Source of the DNA: Piromyces finnis finn
Lineage: Eukaryota > Fungi > Neocallimastigomycota
Length of the DNA: 64,000 bases
NCBI GenBank assembly: GCA_002104945.1
Contig: MCFH01000004.1
Coordinates: 372,001 to 436,000, forward strand
Direction of reading: 5' to 3'
The translations under genes and the position numbers were made by a program. Below the pieces are notes generated by a model that ran no database searches, was not told the origin of the DNA, and worked only from the letters and a program-made list of their open reading frames with translations. Below, piece after piece: positions 29,306 to 42,791 of this stretch (positions are counted from its first letter, which is position 1; the number at the start of each line of letters is the position of its first letter).

Positions 29306-30578
29306 CTTTAAATATGTTTTAAATCAGTTTGAAAAAATGTGATTTTGTTGGTAGAAATATTATATATACAATATATTGTTTCTATTTTATTTTGTTGTGT
29401 GACTTTTAAATTTATTCTATGTATTTAGATTTTTTAATTTTCCATTTATATAATAAAAATGGATAAATCATTCATTATTATTTATATAAATAAAATTAGT
29501 TTAAATATTTATTTTTAATACTATTATATATTATTTAAATAAATTACCTTTTTATTATTTTTATTTTCTTTTTCTTTTTTCTTTTTATTACATTTAAAAT
29601 AATTTTATTATTAAATGTATTATTTTTTTATAAATAATTATAAATTATTTAATGTTTCAAAATTATTCATATATAAACTTGTATAATAAATAATTTTTTT
29701 TTTTTTTTTTTGTATTATTCTATTGATAAAAGTGTATAATTAATTATATATAATAGTAATTTAATTATAAAATGTCTTTATCTATTATTAAATATCTAAC
29801 GTTAATATTTCTATTAATTTATATATATATTTCTTTTATTTTTTCTATGAAAATATTTTATAATTCCTTTTTCTTTTATTTTTTTTTAATTTCTTCTTAT
29901 TTATTTAGTTGTTTATATATAATACATATATATATATATTAGAATTTAGTATTATATAACTTTTCGTAAATTATTATTATTATAATAATAATAATAAACT
30001 TTTAATCTATTGGACTTTTACTTTTTAATGTTTATATTATTTTTTTTTCTTCCTTTTTTTTTTTATTATTATTTCTTTTTTATTATTATTTATTTATTTA
30101 AAATTATTTAGAATTAATCTACATTTGTCTCTAAATCAAATATAAAAGATACTAATTTAGATCTTGTTTAAATTGTATAGTTTTTATAAAAAAAAAGAGA
30201 GATTTTTCTACACCAATAATTATGTCTTTCTACATTTTTTGATATTTAATAGTATTAATCTTTTTATTATGGACTATTTAATTTCAATTTTAATATATTA
30301 AAAATAAACTTTATTTATTAATAAATTTAAAATCGAATTACCAAGAAAAAAAATAATAATTTAACTTTTTATTCTATAATATTTCTATAATATACATAAC
30401 ACAATACATATTATTATTTATTAGGCAAACTATTTATATAAAGGATTTTTTATTTATTAAAATAAAATTATAATATTCATTACTTAAATATTAAAAAAAA
30501 AGCAATACCTTTATTTTTCTATGTGACCTTTTCATATACATATATACCTATATTTATTTATTTATTTTTATCATTTTT

Positions 30579-30579
<1 letters not shown>

Positions 30580-30658
<79 letters not shown>
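30580..30658 (+). repeat. 79-nt poly(A) run
   Basis: Uninterrupted A run ending 10 bp before the left TSD of the SINE-like element. Confidence 0.9.
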
Positions 30659-30660
<2 letters not shown>

Positions 30661-30682
30661 TATTGTTTACAGAATAATCTAA

Positions 30683-31223
30683 AAGTCGTTCCAGTTTCTA
30701 TCCTGGTTGTTAAGACCCCCGCTTAGCATTCATAAGGCTTCTGGTTCGACCCCCGCCATTGACAGTTCTTTAGCGATTTTCCTGTTTCAGGTTTGCGCTT
30801 AAAGTATAGGGGTTAAAGGTCAATTCAGGTAAGTATAACTATACCACCGGACTCTACCCTAAGCAGTTAATTCAGATTGGTAGTTTTCTCCGTATCAAGC
30901 GGTTTTCCCACTGAAGTTTAGAGTATATGTAGGAAGGGGTATCAATTAATTCACAGATTACTAACTATGGTCTTTGAGGGTTGTTCTCATCGTTAATCAT
31001 CCTTCGCCAATAAAGGTTCAGGAGATCACTGTTGTTGGTAGCTCGGTCTTTGTGTGATAGGATCGTTAAGAGCAATAAGCCATTCCATATTAGCCCTGCC
31101 CAGAGGGATGATTGTGCCGACGTCGTTCTGATATGGCAATGTACAATAATGTACAATCACATACCATATATAACTCAGGGGGGTTAGATGAGGATATATG
31201 GAAGTCTAAAAAAAAAAAAAAAA
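30683..31223 (+). mobile_element. tRNA-Ala(AGC)-derived SINE-like retroposon, copy 1
   Basis: GC-richer island of about 525 bp followed by a poly(A) tail (31208-31223). The 14-bp TSD acagaataatctaa is at 30669-30682 and 31224-31237. The tRNA-like head (30685-30757) has B-box GGTTCGACCC, and CTTAGCAT sits at exact anticodon spacing from the T loop. The head is shared with the copy at 42785. Confidence 0.85.
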
Positions 31224-32316
31224 ACAGAATAATCTAATACATTAAATACATATTAAATACTTATTAAATAATACATTGATAAATTAATAATGTATAATTC
31301 ATAATTTCATAAAATTATAATAAATAAGGTTTATTATTTAAAAATTAAATGCATTTAAAGTTTTTTAATTTTCAATACTGTCTTAAAAAGTCTTAAATGA
31401 TAAAATAAATGTTTTTAAAATTATGGTTTTTTTTTTTTTTTTTTTTTTGGTATGGTATTCCTTTTAAAAATGGGTCGAAGAATAAAATATAAAATTTTAA
31501 TTTTTAAATAGCTATAAATTAAAAATGTTAAAGTATATGTGATATGTAATGCTAAAAAAAATGTTAATCAAAAAAAATTAGAAATAGGAAATAGAATGGG
31601 AAATATAATTTTATAAATTGCTGATATAATGTTAAAAAAGATAGTTTATTAAATAATTGCTGTATTGTTTTATAATTTTTTACATTTATTACAAAAAAAA
31701 AAAAAAAAGATGTGGATAATATACACGTTATTATTGATTTTCTTTTCTTTTTGTATTCAATTCACTAATTAAAAATATTTAATTATTAATTGAAAAAGAA
31801 AAAAAAAAACAAGAATTTCTGTTAGAAATTAAAAAATAATTAAAATAAATATATTAAAAATAAAAAAAATAATAATATAATAAATAATTTTAAAAGTTAT
31901 ATGTGAAGAAAAAAAAAGTGATGGCATAATGAAAACTATGATGTATAAACATAGTATTTTTTATAAAAAAAAATAATATTTTATAGATTTAAAAAAATTC
32001 TTTTAATTTTTAAATAGTTATTAAAAGGGAAAATATGGAAATGTATATATAGTAAATGAATATAACAAATGAATCAATGGAATACAATTAAATATATAAT
32101 TAGATTTATTACTATATTTCTTTTATATAACTACATTTAAATGCATATTATTTATTGTACTTTTGTATTTATTTAGGGGGGAAAATGAATACAAATAATA
32201 ATATTACTATTTTCTATGAATAAAAAACTTTGTATATATATAATCGATTTGTAATAAAAAATATCAATATATCAAAAATCTAATTTTTTTTTCGTTATCA
32301 TTATTGTGGGAAAAAA

Positions 32317-35300
32317 TTAGGTGGGTGGATTCTTTCGACGAATATTATTTACTATTTTACCATAAGATTTGCGATGAGGTTTTTTAGGTGGGGTACTAGT
32401 GACAGTCGTGGGATCTGATGTATTAGATGCAATATTATTATTATTGTTGTTGTCGTTGTTGTTACCGATAGTAGAAATATTGGTATCATTTAAATTTGTA
32501 TTATTATTTGATGTAATGTTATGAACATTATTGTTATTATTAGTAGTATCATTGTCATTCATATTACTGTTATTATTATTGCTATTATTATTATTGTTGT
32601 TGTTGCTATTAATTTCTGAAGATGATGAAGATGTATCATCATTATCTTCATTACTATCGTTGTTGCCATTATTGTTATCATTGTTATTGATATTATTATT
32701 TTTAAACGTGTTGCTTTTACGTCCATTATCACGATATATACCTCCATTGTTATTATTATTATTACCACCAGGGCGATAATTATTATATTGAACACGATTA
32801 GGAAGAGTATTACTACTCGAACTCATTTCATTATTATTTCCTGTTGAAAAGGAATTTAAATTCTCATTGAAATTATCTTGTGAAAAATTAGTACCATAAT
32901 TATTACCATCACCATTTATATTATATCCACCGAAATTCTTATTGTTTAGAATACCATTACCATAATAATTATTCTTTAAGTTTGGATGACCCATAAGATA
33001 ACCAGAATTCATTCCACGACCATAATAGCCATAATCATCACCGCTAGGACCATTATAGTATCCAGGTATATTTTTTCCCTTACGATTATTACCAGAATTA
33101 GTCATATAGGGCGAAATACCAACTCCTCCTCCCATAGTACCCATTCTATTCATATAATTGGATGGATAACCTTGAGAAGTCATCCGTGAATAATATGGAA
33201 ACATTGGTCCATTCATTGCCATCATAGAAGGAGGTGGATAATTAGAATAATTCATACCCATTGGCATACGACCACTAAGGTTTCTAGATGCTATTGCCAT
33301 AGATGGGTTTATGTATATATTATTTGGGAACATACTTTTGTAAAGAAGATTTTAAAAGTTAATTATGATATTATATATATAAATTGTTTTTGATTAAAAA
33401 AAAAAACAGATGAATAATTAAAAATAAAAGCTAAAATGATAATAATTGTATATAAATAATTCTTAACTTACCCAAAATCATCAACTCTCACACGTTTATT
33501 ATTATTTATAGGGTATCCATTCATATCATAATTCATATCATAATTCTTATTATTGTTGAATTTCATATGGCTATTACCACCGCCATTACTATTAATGATA
33601 TTATTATTGTTGTTGTTGTTATTGTTGTTGTTATTTTCATTATTATTAAGATTATTTAGTTGATTAGATCTTTGTCTATATATACATTTATTTAAAAGGA
33701 GAAGAAAAAAAGGAAAAATTATATGTTTTTGTTTTAATATGAAATTTATTAAAGAAACAGGTAATAATTATTATAATAAAAAAAAAAAGGAATTTATTCA
33801 TATTACCTTTTATGATCAAATTTATTCTTTTTAGAAAAATTGTCGACTGAAGAACTTGGAACATAATTATTAAATATTTCAATTAATTCTTCCCCAATAC
33901 TAGGATGTAATTCCTTTTTTTTTTTTTTAATATTATTAATATTGATAATAGTAATGATTAGGGTTATAACAATTAATTGAATTAGTTATGAAAATTAACC
34001 AAAACTTATTAAATATAGTGATTAGTAATGATGCTTTCTGTTCCTACCTGACCATCTTGACTAGTTTTAATACTTTGATTTTCATTATATGGATTATTCA
34101 TATCAGGTAAATAAGAAAATGGTAATCTTTTTCTAGAAATTAAAAGAAAAATAAAAAAGAGACATAAAAATAAATTTACATAAAATATTAATAAATTACT
34201 ATAAAAAAAAAAAAAAAAAAAAAAAGAAATAATAATATGAAATTTATATGATTATTACTTTAAAATCCATTCAACTTCAAAGTTTCCTCCTAATTCAATT
34301 GGTTTTTTATAATCCCAAATACTAGTATCACTATCATGTATAATATTAGATTTCATTTGTAAGTATCCTATAATAAAAATATAATAATTATATATTATTA
34401 GGTATTTTATATATATATATTCGTTAATGATGATTTTACCAGTATAGTCTGGAATTATAAATTTAAAAATAAAATAAAATAGAAATTTACCACAAAAACT
34501 GCTACTACGAGTTACCGACATGAAAAGATATATTTTTTTTGCAACCTATAAATAGAAATGTTAATGAAAATGTTAAAACCTAATAAATATATTTATAAAT
34601 AGATATATATATTTATATATAATTACACTAAATGCTTTTTCAAGAATATTAGATGTTCTAATTGTTGTTGTCCATAAATTCTAATTAAAAGTATAGAAAA
34701 AATGAATAATCAATTTATAAAAAATTTAAAAAAAAAAAAAAAATACTTTTCTTTACTATAATTATTATTATTAACATACATTTTCAAAGGATTGATACAC
34801 TAATTCATCATTTTGACTTTTCAATACAAAGTATCGTACATCATATTTTTCTATTATAGAAATATAAAAATTAATAAAAAAAAAAAATAATGATAATGCT
34901 ATTAATACTATTATTTTTTGATAATATTATATAATATTATTTAATATTATAATAAATTAATGTTTTTTTTAAAAAATATCTACCTCGATCACTCATGTCG
35001 ATATTATTAATTTTCTTCTTTTTATTTTTTTCCTCTCTTGATAACTCATCCATTTTTCTCTTATGATTATAATTATTTATAGTCTCTTGTTTGAAATCAT
35101 TATTCACTTGGTCATGATGGAATTCTTCTTCATTATAATTATCACTTTCTTCATCCTTATAATAATCACCATCATCATTGGTATTGGATTGTTTAGTATG
35201 ATTTTCATCATACTTATTATAATTATCATTATCATTGGTATTGGATTGTTTAGTATGATTTTCATCATACTTATTATAATTATTATTATTATTATTATTA

Positions 35301-36438
35301 TTATTATTGATATTGGATTGCTTGGTATAATTTTTATGCTGATCATTATGAGAATTGAATTGTTCATTATCATGATATTCATTATAATTATTATGACTAT
35401 CATTATGGTATCGATGATGATGCTCTTTTTTATTCATATTCATATTCGATGAATAGGTATTAGATGATGAATTCTTTGCTCCCATTTCCTTATTATTAAA
35501 TTTTGATGACTTTTTGATTTTATTATCATAAGTAGAATTATTCGTTATTTCAGAAATACTTTTTTCCTCCACAATAACATTTTCATTACGATGATGATAA
35601 TTTTCCTTATCCTTATTCCTTCTACTGGAATCATGATGATTAAAATCTTCATTTGAACGTTGACGTCGATGATCACTCTCAATATTATTATTGTTGTTAC
35701 TAACATTCCTACCATTATATTTATTTTGAGAATAATCACCATTATATCTATCTTTTCTATTATCATCTTTTACAGATTTTGGTGGATTATTATTAAAAGA
35801 GTAATCTTTATTCAACGAATCTTTGTTTCTTTTATAATTTTCATCAAAGCGACTATTTCTATTTTTAGAATTATTCTCATTACTATTGGATGAACTTTCA
35901 TGATAATTATTATTTCTATTATTAAAACTTCTACTATTATATTCACTTCTATTATCATTATTATTATTGTTGTTGTTGTTATTGTTGTTATTGTTATTGT
36001 TATTGCTATTACTATTATTGTTTTCACGACTATTGTTGTAATTCATTTTTTGTGGTCTCGAGTATCCGTTTTGGCCATTGATATTATAATCTCTATCTCT
36101 ATCCCTATTACTACTATTGTAGTTGCTATTATTACTGTTATTATTACTGTTATTATTACCGTTATTATTACTGCTATTATTACTGTTATTATTACCGTTA
36201 TTATTACTGCTATTATTACTGTTATTATTACTGTTATTATTACCGTTATTATTACTGTTATTATTATCGTTATTATTACTGTTATTATTACTGCTATTAT
36301 TACCGTTATTATTACTGTTATTATTGCTGTTATTACTGTTATTATTGTTATTGTTATTATTACTGTTATTATTGCTGTTATTTCTGTTATTATTGCTGTT
36401 ATTTCTGTTATTATTACTGTTATTATTATTATTATTAC

Positions 36439-36526
<88 letters not shown>

Positions 36527-37244
36527 GTAACTATCATTATAATTATATCTACTTTTATTTAATTTATTATTGTAATTATCTTTATTATGGTCATCATAAT
36601 GATTGCCTTTGCTATTATAATTAGAGTTGGTATTGCTATAATTCTTATTATTGTTATTATCTTTTGAATAATAATAGTCTTCATTATGACTTTTGTTGTT
36701 GCTGCTGTTGTTATAATTACCATGATCTTCATTATAACGACCATTTTTATTCATATTATTTTTTATAAAGCCATTATTATTACGTTCATCATAATAATCA
36801 TTCTTTTTATATTTATTATCATTATAATCATGTGAATGATTATTACCATTACTATAATTATTGTGGTTATTGTCATTATTATAATTGGTATTATTATTTT
36901 TGTTGTTATCACTATTTTTGTTATTACTACATCTTTTATTATTAGATGGAATGTTGGAATCGTTAGTATTATTTTTTTCATTATTCCCTGAGTAATAATT
37001 ATCTGAATAATGATTATTATTTTTAGGGAATCGATTATCATCATATTGATTATATCTTCCTAAAGAGTTGTTACGAGATGTATTATAGCTACTACTATTT
37101 TCATTCCTTGAATTCTCTTCATATTCTTTATCGTCATTATATTTATTCTTTATACAATATTATATTATAAAGTTAAATTTTATTATTAATAATTATTATC
37201 ATTGTAATTATTTATTATTTATTTATTTATTGTTATTATATTAT

Positions 37245-37277
<33 letters not shown>

Positions 37278-38339
37278 CGTTTATTAATTTGGCATATTTT
37301 AATAAACATAATAATCAAACATTATTAGATAATAAATAACGATTAATTATTATACAAAAAATTAATATGTGTTTACTTTTTATTTAGTTAATATATATGA
37401 TGATGATTATAAATAACTATAAATAATTATCTTATATATATCAATTTATCATATCACATATTAATTTTTAAAAAAAAAAAAAATAATGATTATCAATAAA
37501 TTATAGTAACTTGTATTTAAATCTATTTATTTATATATTTAATCATATTTCGATCTTATTTATATTATTTCTATTCATTAATAGATTAATTTTTTTTTTA
37601 TTTTAATAAAAAAAATTTATAAATTTATATATTTCAAGTTCATATATAAACTTATAGCATGTATCTATTAACTCTATAAAAATAAAAAAGTGATAATTTT
37701 TTAAAAAAAAAAAAAAAAAAAAAAAAGATAATTGTCTATCAATTATAATATATCATATAAAATAACTTTATATCATTTATACTATAGAAATAAATAAATA
37801 TGTATAATACTATTACTATTAATATATAATACTATTAAATATTTATTTATTTATATACCATAAAGATTTATTATAATTATTATCAAAAATATCTTTTTTT
37901 AATTTTTTTTTATATGTATTGTAAATGTAGATTAATAAAAAGAGCTTGTTCTAATTGTTGTAAATATATATATTTACAATTTTTAACTGTTCATATTTTA
38001 AGGTTAATTAATAATTATTTAAATAAACCCTTTATATTCATTTAATATAGTGATATGCATTATTAATAACACATATTAATTTGTGTTTGTTGATATTGCC
38101 TATTATAATTACTATATTCTTTTTTACTCATGTTTATCCTTTTTAATTCTATGTTTAAATTTTTTTTTCTTGATAAATATTGAAGTTATCTACTTGATTA
38201 TTTATATTTTTAACTCTTGAAAAATTTGTTGATTAAAAAATATTCTGTTGCATAGTCATTACCATATGATTTTCCAATATTTATGATAGCATTTTTTTTT
38301 TTTAAATAAATATCAATCAACCATCAACATCATTTAAAA

Positions 38340-38370
<31 letters not shown>

Positions 38371-39717
38371 CATATAAAAATAAAAAACACAAATATATAT
38401 ATAACAATAATCTTTGAAAAATAATAATAAATTTACTAAAAAATAATTAAAATGATAATCATTATAAGTCAGAGCAAGCTGTCTTATAATTATCCGTTAT
38501 TATCATTTATTAAATTTATTATTATTATCCTTGTAAAATTCATTAAAAATATGAAATATTTCTCTCTACCTTTCTACTTTTAATATTTGAACTATCATCA
38601 CGATTACTTTCATAAGATTTGCCTTGTGATTCATTCATTGACCTAGAATTAGTGTTTCGAGTATTTCTATTAAAACTAGAAGAGGTGTTATTGTTATTAT
38701 TATAGTCGGAATTTTTATCATAATATGGATCTTTTTCATCATTTCTGATAGTTTTGGTATATTTATTTTTGGTATTTGAATATTGATCCTGTTTATAATT
38801 ATTGTTGTTGTTGCTGTTGTAGTAACGATCATCTTCATTATTGTTATAATATCGATCATTTTCATTATTTTTGTTATAATACCGATCATCTTTATTATTG
38901 TGATAACGATCATCTTTATTATTATTGTGATAACGATCATCTTTATTATTATTGTGATAACGATCATCTTTATTATTGTGATGATAATAATTATCCCCAC
39001 TACTGTTGTGATAACGATCTTCTTGGTTATTTTTATTATTATTTTTATTATATTCCCTATTATAATTATCATTATTACTAGAATTGCCATTATCATAATA
39101 TTTATCTTTTTCATGATATTTACTTTTAGTAGCAGATGATACAATATTTATGGTTCTTGGAGCATTTCTATCTTTATCATTATCACTAGAATAGTCATTT
39201 TCCTTTTGTCTTTTATCATATCTATCGTCATTTCGACTACTTTTATAATCAAAATTATGATAATTATTTCTATTTCTTCTATTATCATCATTGTTTTCCT
39301 GATAGTTTTTATTCAGGTTCCGATTATTTTTATTATTATCATATGATTGTTCCTTATAATTTCTATCATAGTCATCTCTATAATTTTGATCATAGTCGTC
39401 ATCTTTACGATTTCTACTAGAATAACTATCTCTATCATAATCATTATTATTATGGTTTCGACTGGAATAATTATCTCTATCATAGTTATTATCGTTATGA
39501 TTTCTATCTGAATAATAATCTCTTTCATGTTGACTACGACTAGAATAATAATCTCTTTCTCTGTTGCGTTCTCTTTCTCTATTATAAGAATCAGAAGGAT
39601 TTGGATTATCATATCTATCATTTCTTGAATGGTAATTATTGTCATTTCTACGATCATTAAAACTTTTACGATCTCGATAATCATTATTATAGTTGGAATT
39701 ATCATCATTATAACTAC

Positions 39718-39777
<60 letters not shown>

Positions 39778-40621
39778 GATTATAATTATTGGAATTACGA
39801 CTAAAATCTCTACTATTATTAGAATTATTATCTTTCTTACGATAGCTATTATCTGAATCATTTATTTCAGGATAGTTATTTTGACTTTTAGTATTACTTG
39901 AGTTGTTATCATATTTTTTATTATAATTATTATTATTTTCTCTAGAATAGTTATTTCTATTATTATCATCATTTATTTTCTTTCCATTATCTACTTTACT
40001 TGAATCATTTTCTCTATAATATTTATCGTTATTTGTGCTTGAATCTCTTTCTTTATAATATTTATCGTTATTTATGCTTGGATCCCTTTCTTTATAATAT
40101 TTATCGTTATTTATGCTTGGATCCCTTTCTTTATAATACTTATCGTTGTTTGAGCTTGAATTTCTTTCTTTATAATATTTATCATTGTTTGAGCTTGAAT
40201 CCCTTTCTTTATAATATTTATCGTTGTTTGAGCTTGAATCATTTTCTCTATAATATTTATCATTGTTTGAGCTTGAATCCCTTTCTTTATAATATTTATC
40301 ATTGTTTGAGCTTGAATCCCTTTCTTTATAATATTTATCATTGTTTGAGCTTGAATCTCTTTCTTTATAATATTTATCATTGTTTGTGCTTGAATCCCTT
40401 TCTTTATAATACTTATCGTTGTTTGTGTTTGAGTCTCTCCCTTTATAATATTTTTCATCATTTGTAGAATTTTTTACTTCTTTAAAATCAGATTTGGTAT
40501 TATTATTTTCTGTATGATGATTTGATTTTTCTTTTTTATTATAATTAATATCATCAATTTCATATATATCTGAATCATCATCTGATGTCAAAATATTACC
40601 TAGAACATCAAAATTTTCCAT
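32317..40621 (-). CDS. Very large (about 2000 aa) Asn/Asp/Arg/Tyr-rich low-complexity protein with central YTH domain (YTHDC1-like)
   Basis: Spliced exons at 34850-33860 give RYFVLKSQNDELV...NLWTT...AFSVAKKIYLFMSVTRSSSFCGYLQM...SIWDY...LGGNFEVEW...LPFS...NNPYNENQSIKTSQDGQELHPSIGEELIEIF, which is a YTH pattern. The large exons 40621-38570 and 37147-34984 join in phase 0 (1.4-kb intron; this join is less certain). The last exon is 33334-32317. Confidence 0.78.
39995..40453 (-). repeat. Coding 39-bp (13-aa) tandem repeat KYYKERDSSSNND, about 12 copies
   Basis: 11 full units and 1 partial unit, visible in both the DNA and the translation. Confidence 0.95.
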
Positions 40622-42210
40622 TTTTTTTCTTCGTATGTATATTGTAATATATAATTAAAGTTTACTTGTTTACTTATAATGAATAAATTAATATCTTTAT
40701 AATATATTTAATTATTATAATAGAAATAAATGTTTTAATGTATTATATTAGCTCGTGAAATTTCTTTTAAATTAAATAAATAAAATTATAATTGGTAACT
40801 GAAAAGATATTTGTAACATATTATATAGAAAATGACATGGCATATATTCAAATTTTGTAAATCTATTTTGAAATTTTGATATTTTTCCTGTTTAACTGGA
40901 AAAAGTATATAATATATAATAATAAATAAATATAAAATTTTGAATCAATGTTAGTAAATTATTATATTAAATAATCTTTTTTAAAACATAAAATTTATTA
41001 TAATAAAATTTATCACTTATTAATTTTATATTTCTATACTCTAACTTATAATTAATGTTTTTTTATTATTGTTCTATTATTATTTTCTCATTATAATAAT
41101 ATTTATTTATTTATTTATTATTTATTTATTATTTATTTTATTATCATTGTTGTTGTTGAAAATTATTAAATAAAAGAAAATAACCCTATGTTACAACATT
41201 TAATCAATATTTTTTTTTTTTCATTATTTACAATTTCAATTATATCTTATTACCTTTATAATAAAAACAGTTAATTTACACGTTAATATAATAAAGTGAC
41301 GTTTCAATCATAAAAATGTATATTATTATTATTATTATTACTTGAATTAATATAACAAAAAAATAAACAAGAAAAAAGAAAATATAAATAAATGAAATGA
41401 AAAAAAAATATATTCAATTTATCTATTTTTAAAATGGAAAAGTGATAAAAATAAAAAAAAAGTTAATATGAAACAAATAAAAATAAATTTTGTACAGGAA
41501 AAATAAATGAAATGATAAAATAGAAAATCTTAGAATTAATTTTTAATATAATTAATTTATTAGTTTTAAATTTGTCCAAAAATTACTTTTTAAAAAAAAA
41601 AAAAAAATATTCAACAATTGTTATTATTTTCAATTATTATATATAAACACTTTTACAATTTCTTAAGATGACTCAATAGTATAGCATCCTAAAAAATAGT
41701 ATTTCTTATAGCTAGTAAAAAGGATAGCTTTATAATAAATGAACATAAAAATTTTAACAATAAATTCAATTTGTTAAAATATAAAAAATATACATCAACA
41801 CTAACACTATATTTCATATTATTATATAGATATAACATTTATTGTCTTTTAAAAATCATATTTTATTATATAGGTAGATTATCACTTTTTCAATACTATA
41901 AATATACTGTGACTTTTAATATAGTATATCTAATAAAAAGTTTAATCTATCACTTTTGCTTTTTTTTTTTTAATTTTTATTATTTTAATACTACTCAATA
42001 GTAGTATTAAATAATATAAAATTAAAAAGAAATAATATTATTAAAGTCATTAATTAATATTTCAATAATATTATTGATGACAGGACTCATATTCACTTGA
42101 ATTTTATTATTCATAAATATTAATCTATAATTACTATTAATTTTACATATATACCAAATGAATATGAATTTATGTATTTATTTTACTTTTATAAACTAAT
42201 TAAGCATGTT

Positions 42211-42212
<2 letters not shown>

Positions 42213-42253
<41 letters not shown>

Positions 42254-42785
42254 TTCCGAGTGCATTTCTCCCATCGATCAGAGTTAGCTCCAATGGTGGT
42301 TCTTAGAGAAACGTTGGCTCATTCCTATTGCTAGGTGGTTGTGACCCTCCTGGTCTGTCATACTGTTTCTTCAGCTTCGACGCTCACTTAATCCATGTAC
42401 ATTAGATGCATGTCGTTGTACGATATTTCACAACTACAATGCTAAGCCTCTTATAGTCAATTTGATCACGTGTCAACCGCCCCCTAATGTTTACACTTAA
42501 ATTGATTAAGGAATATTATGTGTTTTTGGCATAGCCTAAGTCACCACTTATTAAGTTCTAATTTGGAATGTACCATGTACACTAGACCCTCTCAGGCCGG
42601 CTAGACGAGTGTTATTATCATAGTAGTAAATTAGAAAGTTCATTTATACTTACCTGAATATCATAACCCAACCCATGGCAAACCCAGTGGGAAAATCCAC
42701 AGGCACTGACATCTGCGGGGTCGAACCAGAAGCCTTATGTATGCTAAGGAAACGCCTTAACAACCAGGATAAAAACTGGAACGAG
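42213..42785 (-). mobile_element. tRNA-Ala(AGC)-derived SINE-like retroposon, copy 2
   Basis: The minus-strand head ctcgttccagtttttatcctggttgttaag...cttagcat.cataaggcttctggttcgacccc closely matches copy 1. The poly(A) tail is the poly(T) at 42213-42250. The TSD taagcatgttcc is intact at 42201-42212. Its partner is split by the LTR element (taagca at 42786-42791; agcatgttcc at 50691-50700). Confidence 0.85.
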
Positions 42786-42791
42786 TAAGCA

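Noticed and set aside
30685-30757. Functional tRNA-Ala gene
   Set aside because: The anticodon stem does not pair, the T and acceptor stems are mismatched and the D loop is enlarged. It is followed by a body, poly(A) and TSD, so it is a SINE head.
35063-37044. Many overlapping Ile/Leu/Met-rich ORFs on both strands (also 1102-1413, 32531-32795, 38635-40467, 60744-61208)
   Set aside because: These are alternative-frame or antisense shadows of AAT, ACT and GAA-rich coding repeats.
39995-40453. CRISPR-like regular repeat array
   Set aside because: The 39-bp units are contiguous with no unique spacers, lie in frame in a eukaryotic exon, and have no cas genes nearby.
42715-42785. SINE RNA acting as the primer for the adjacent LTR element
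   Set aside because: The SINE head lacks the ...ATCTCCACCA 3' acceptor sequence the PBS requires, and it is internal to a longer transcript.
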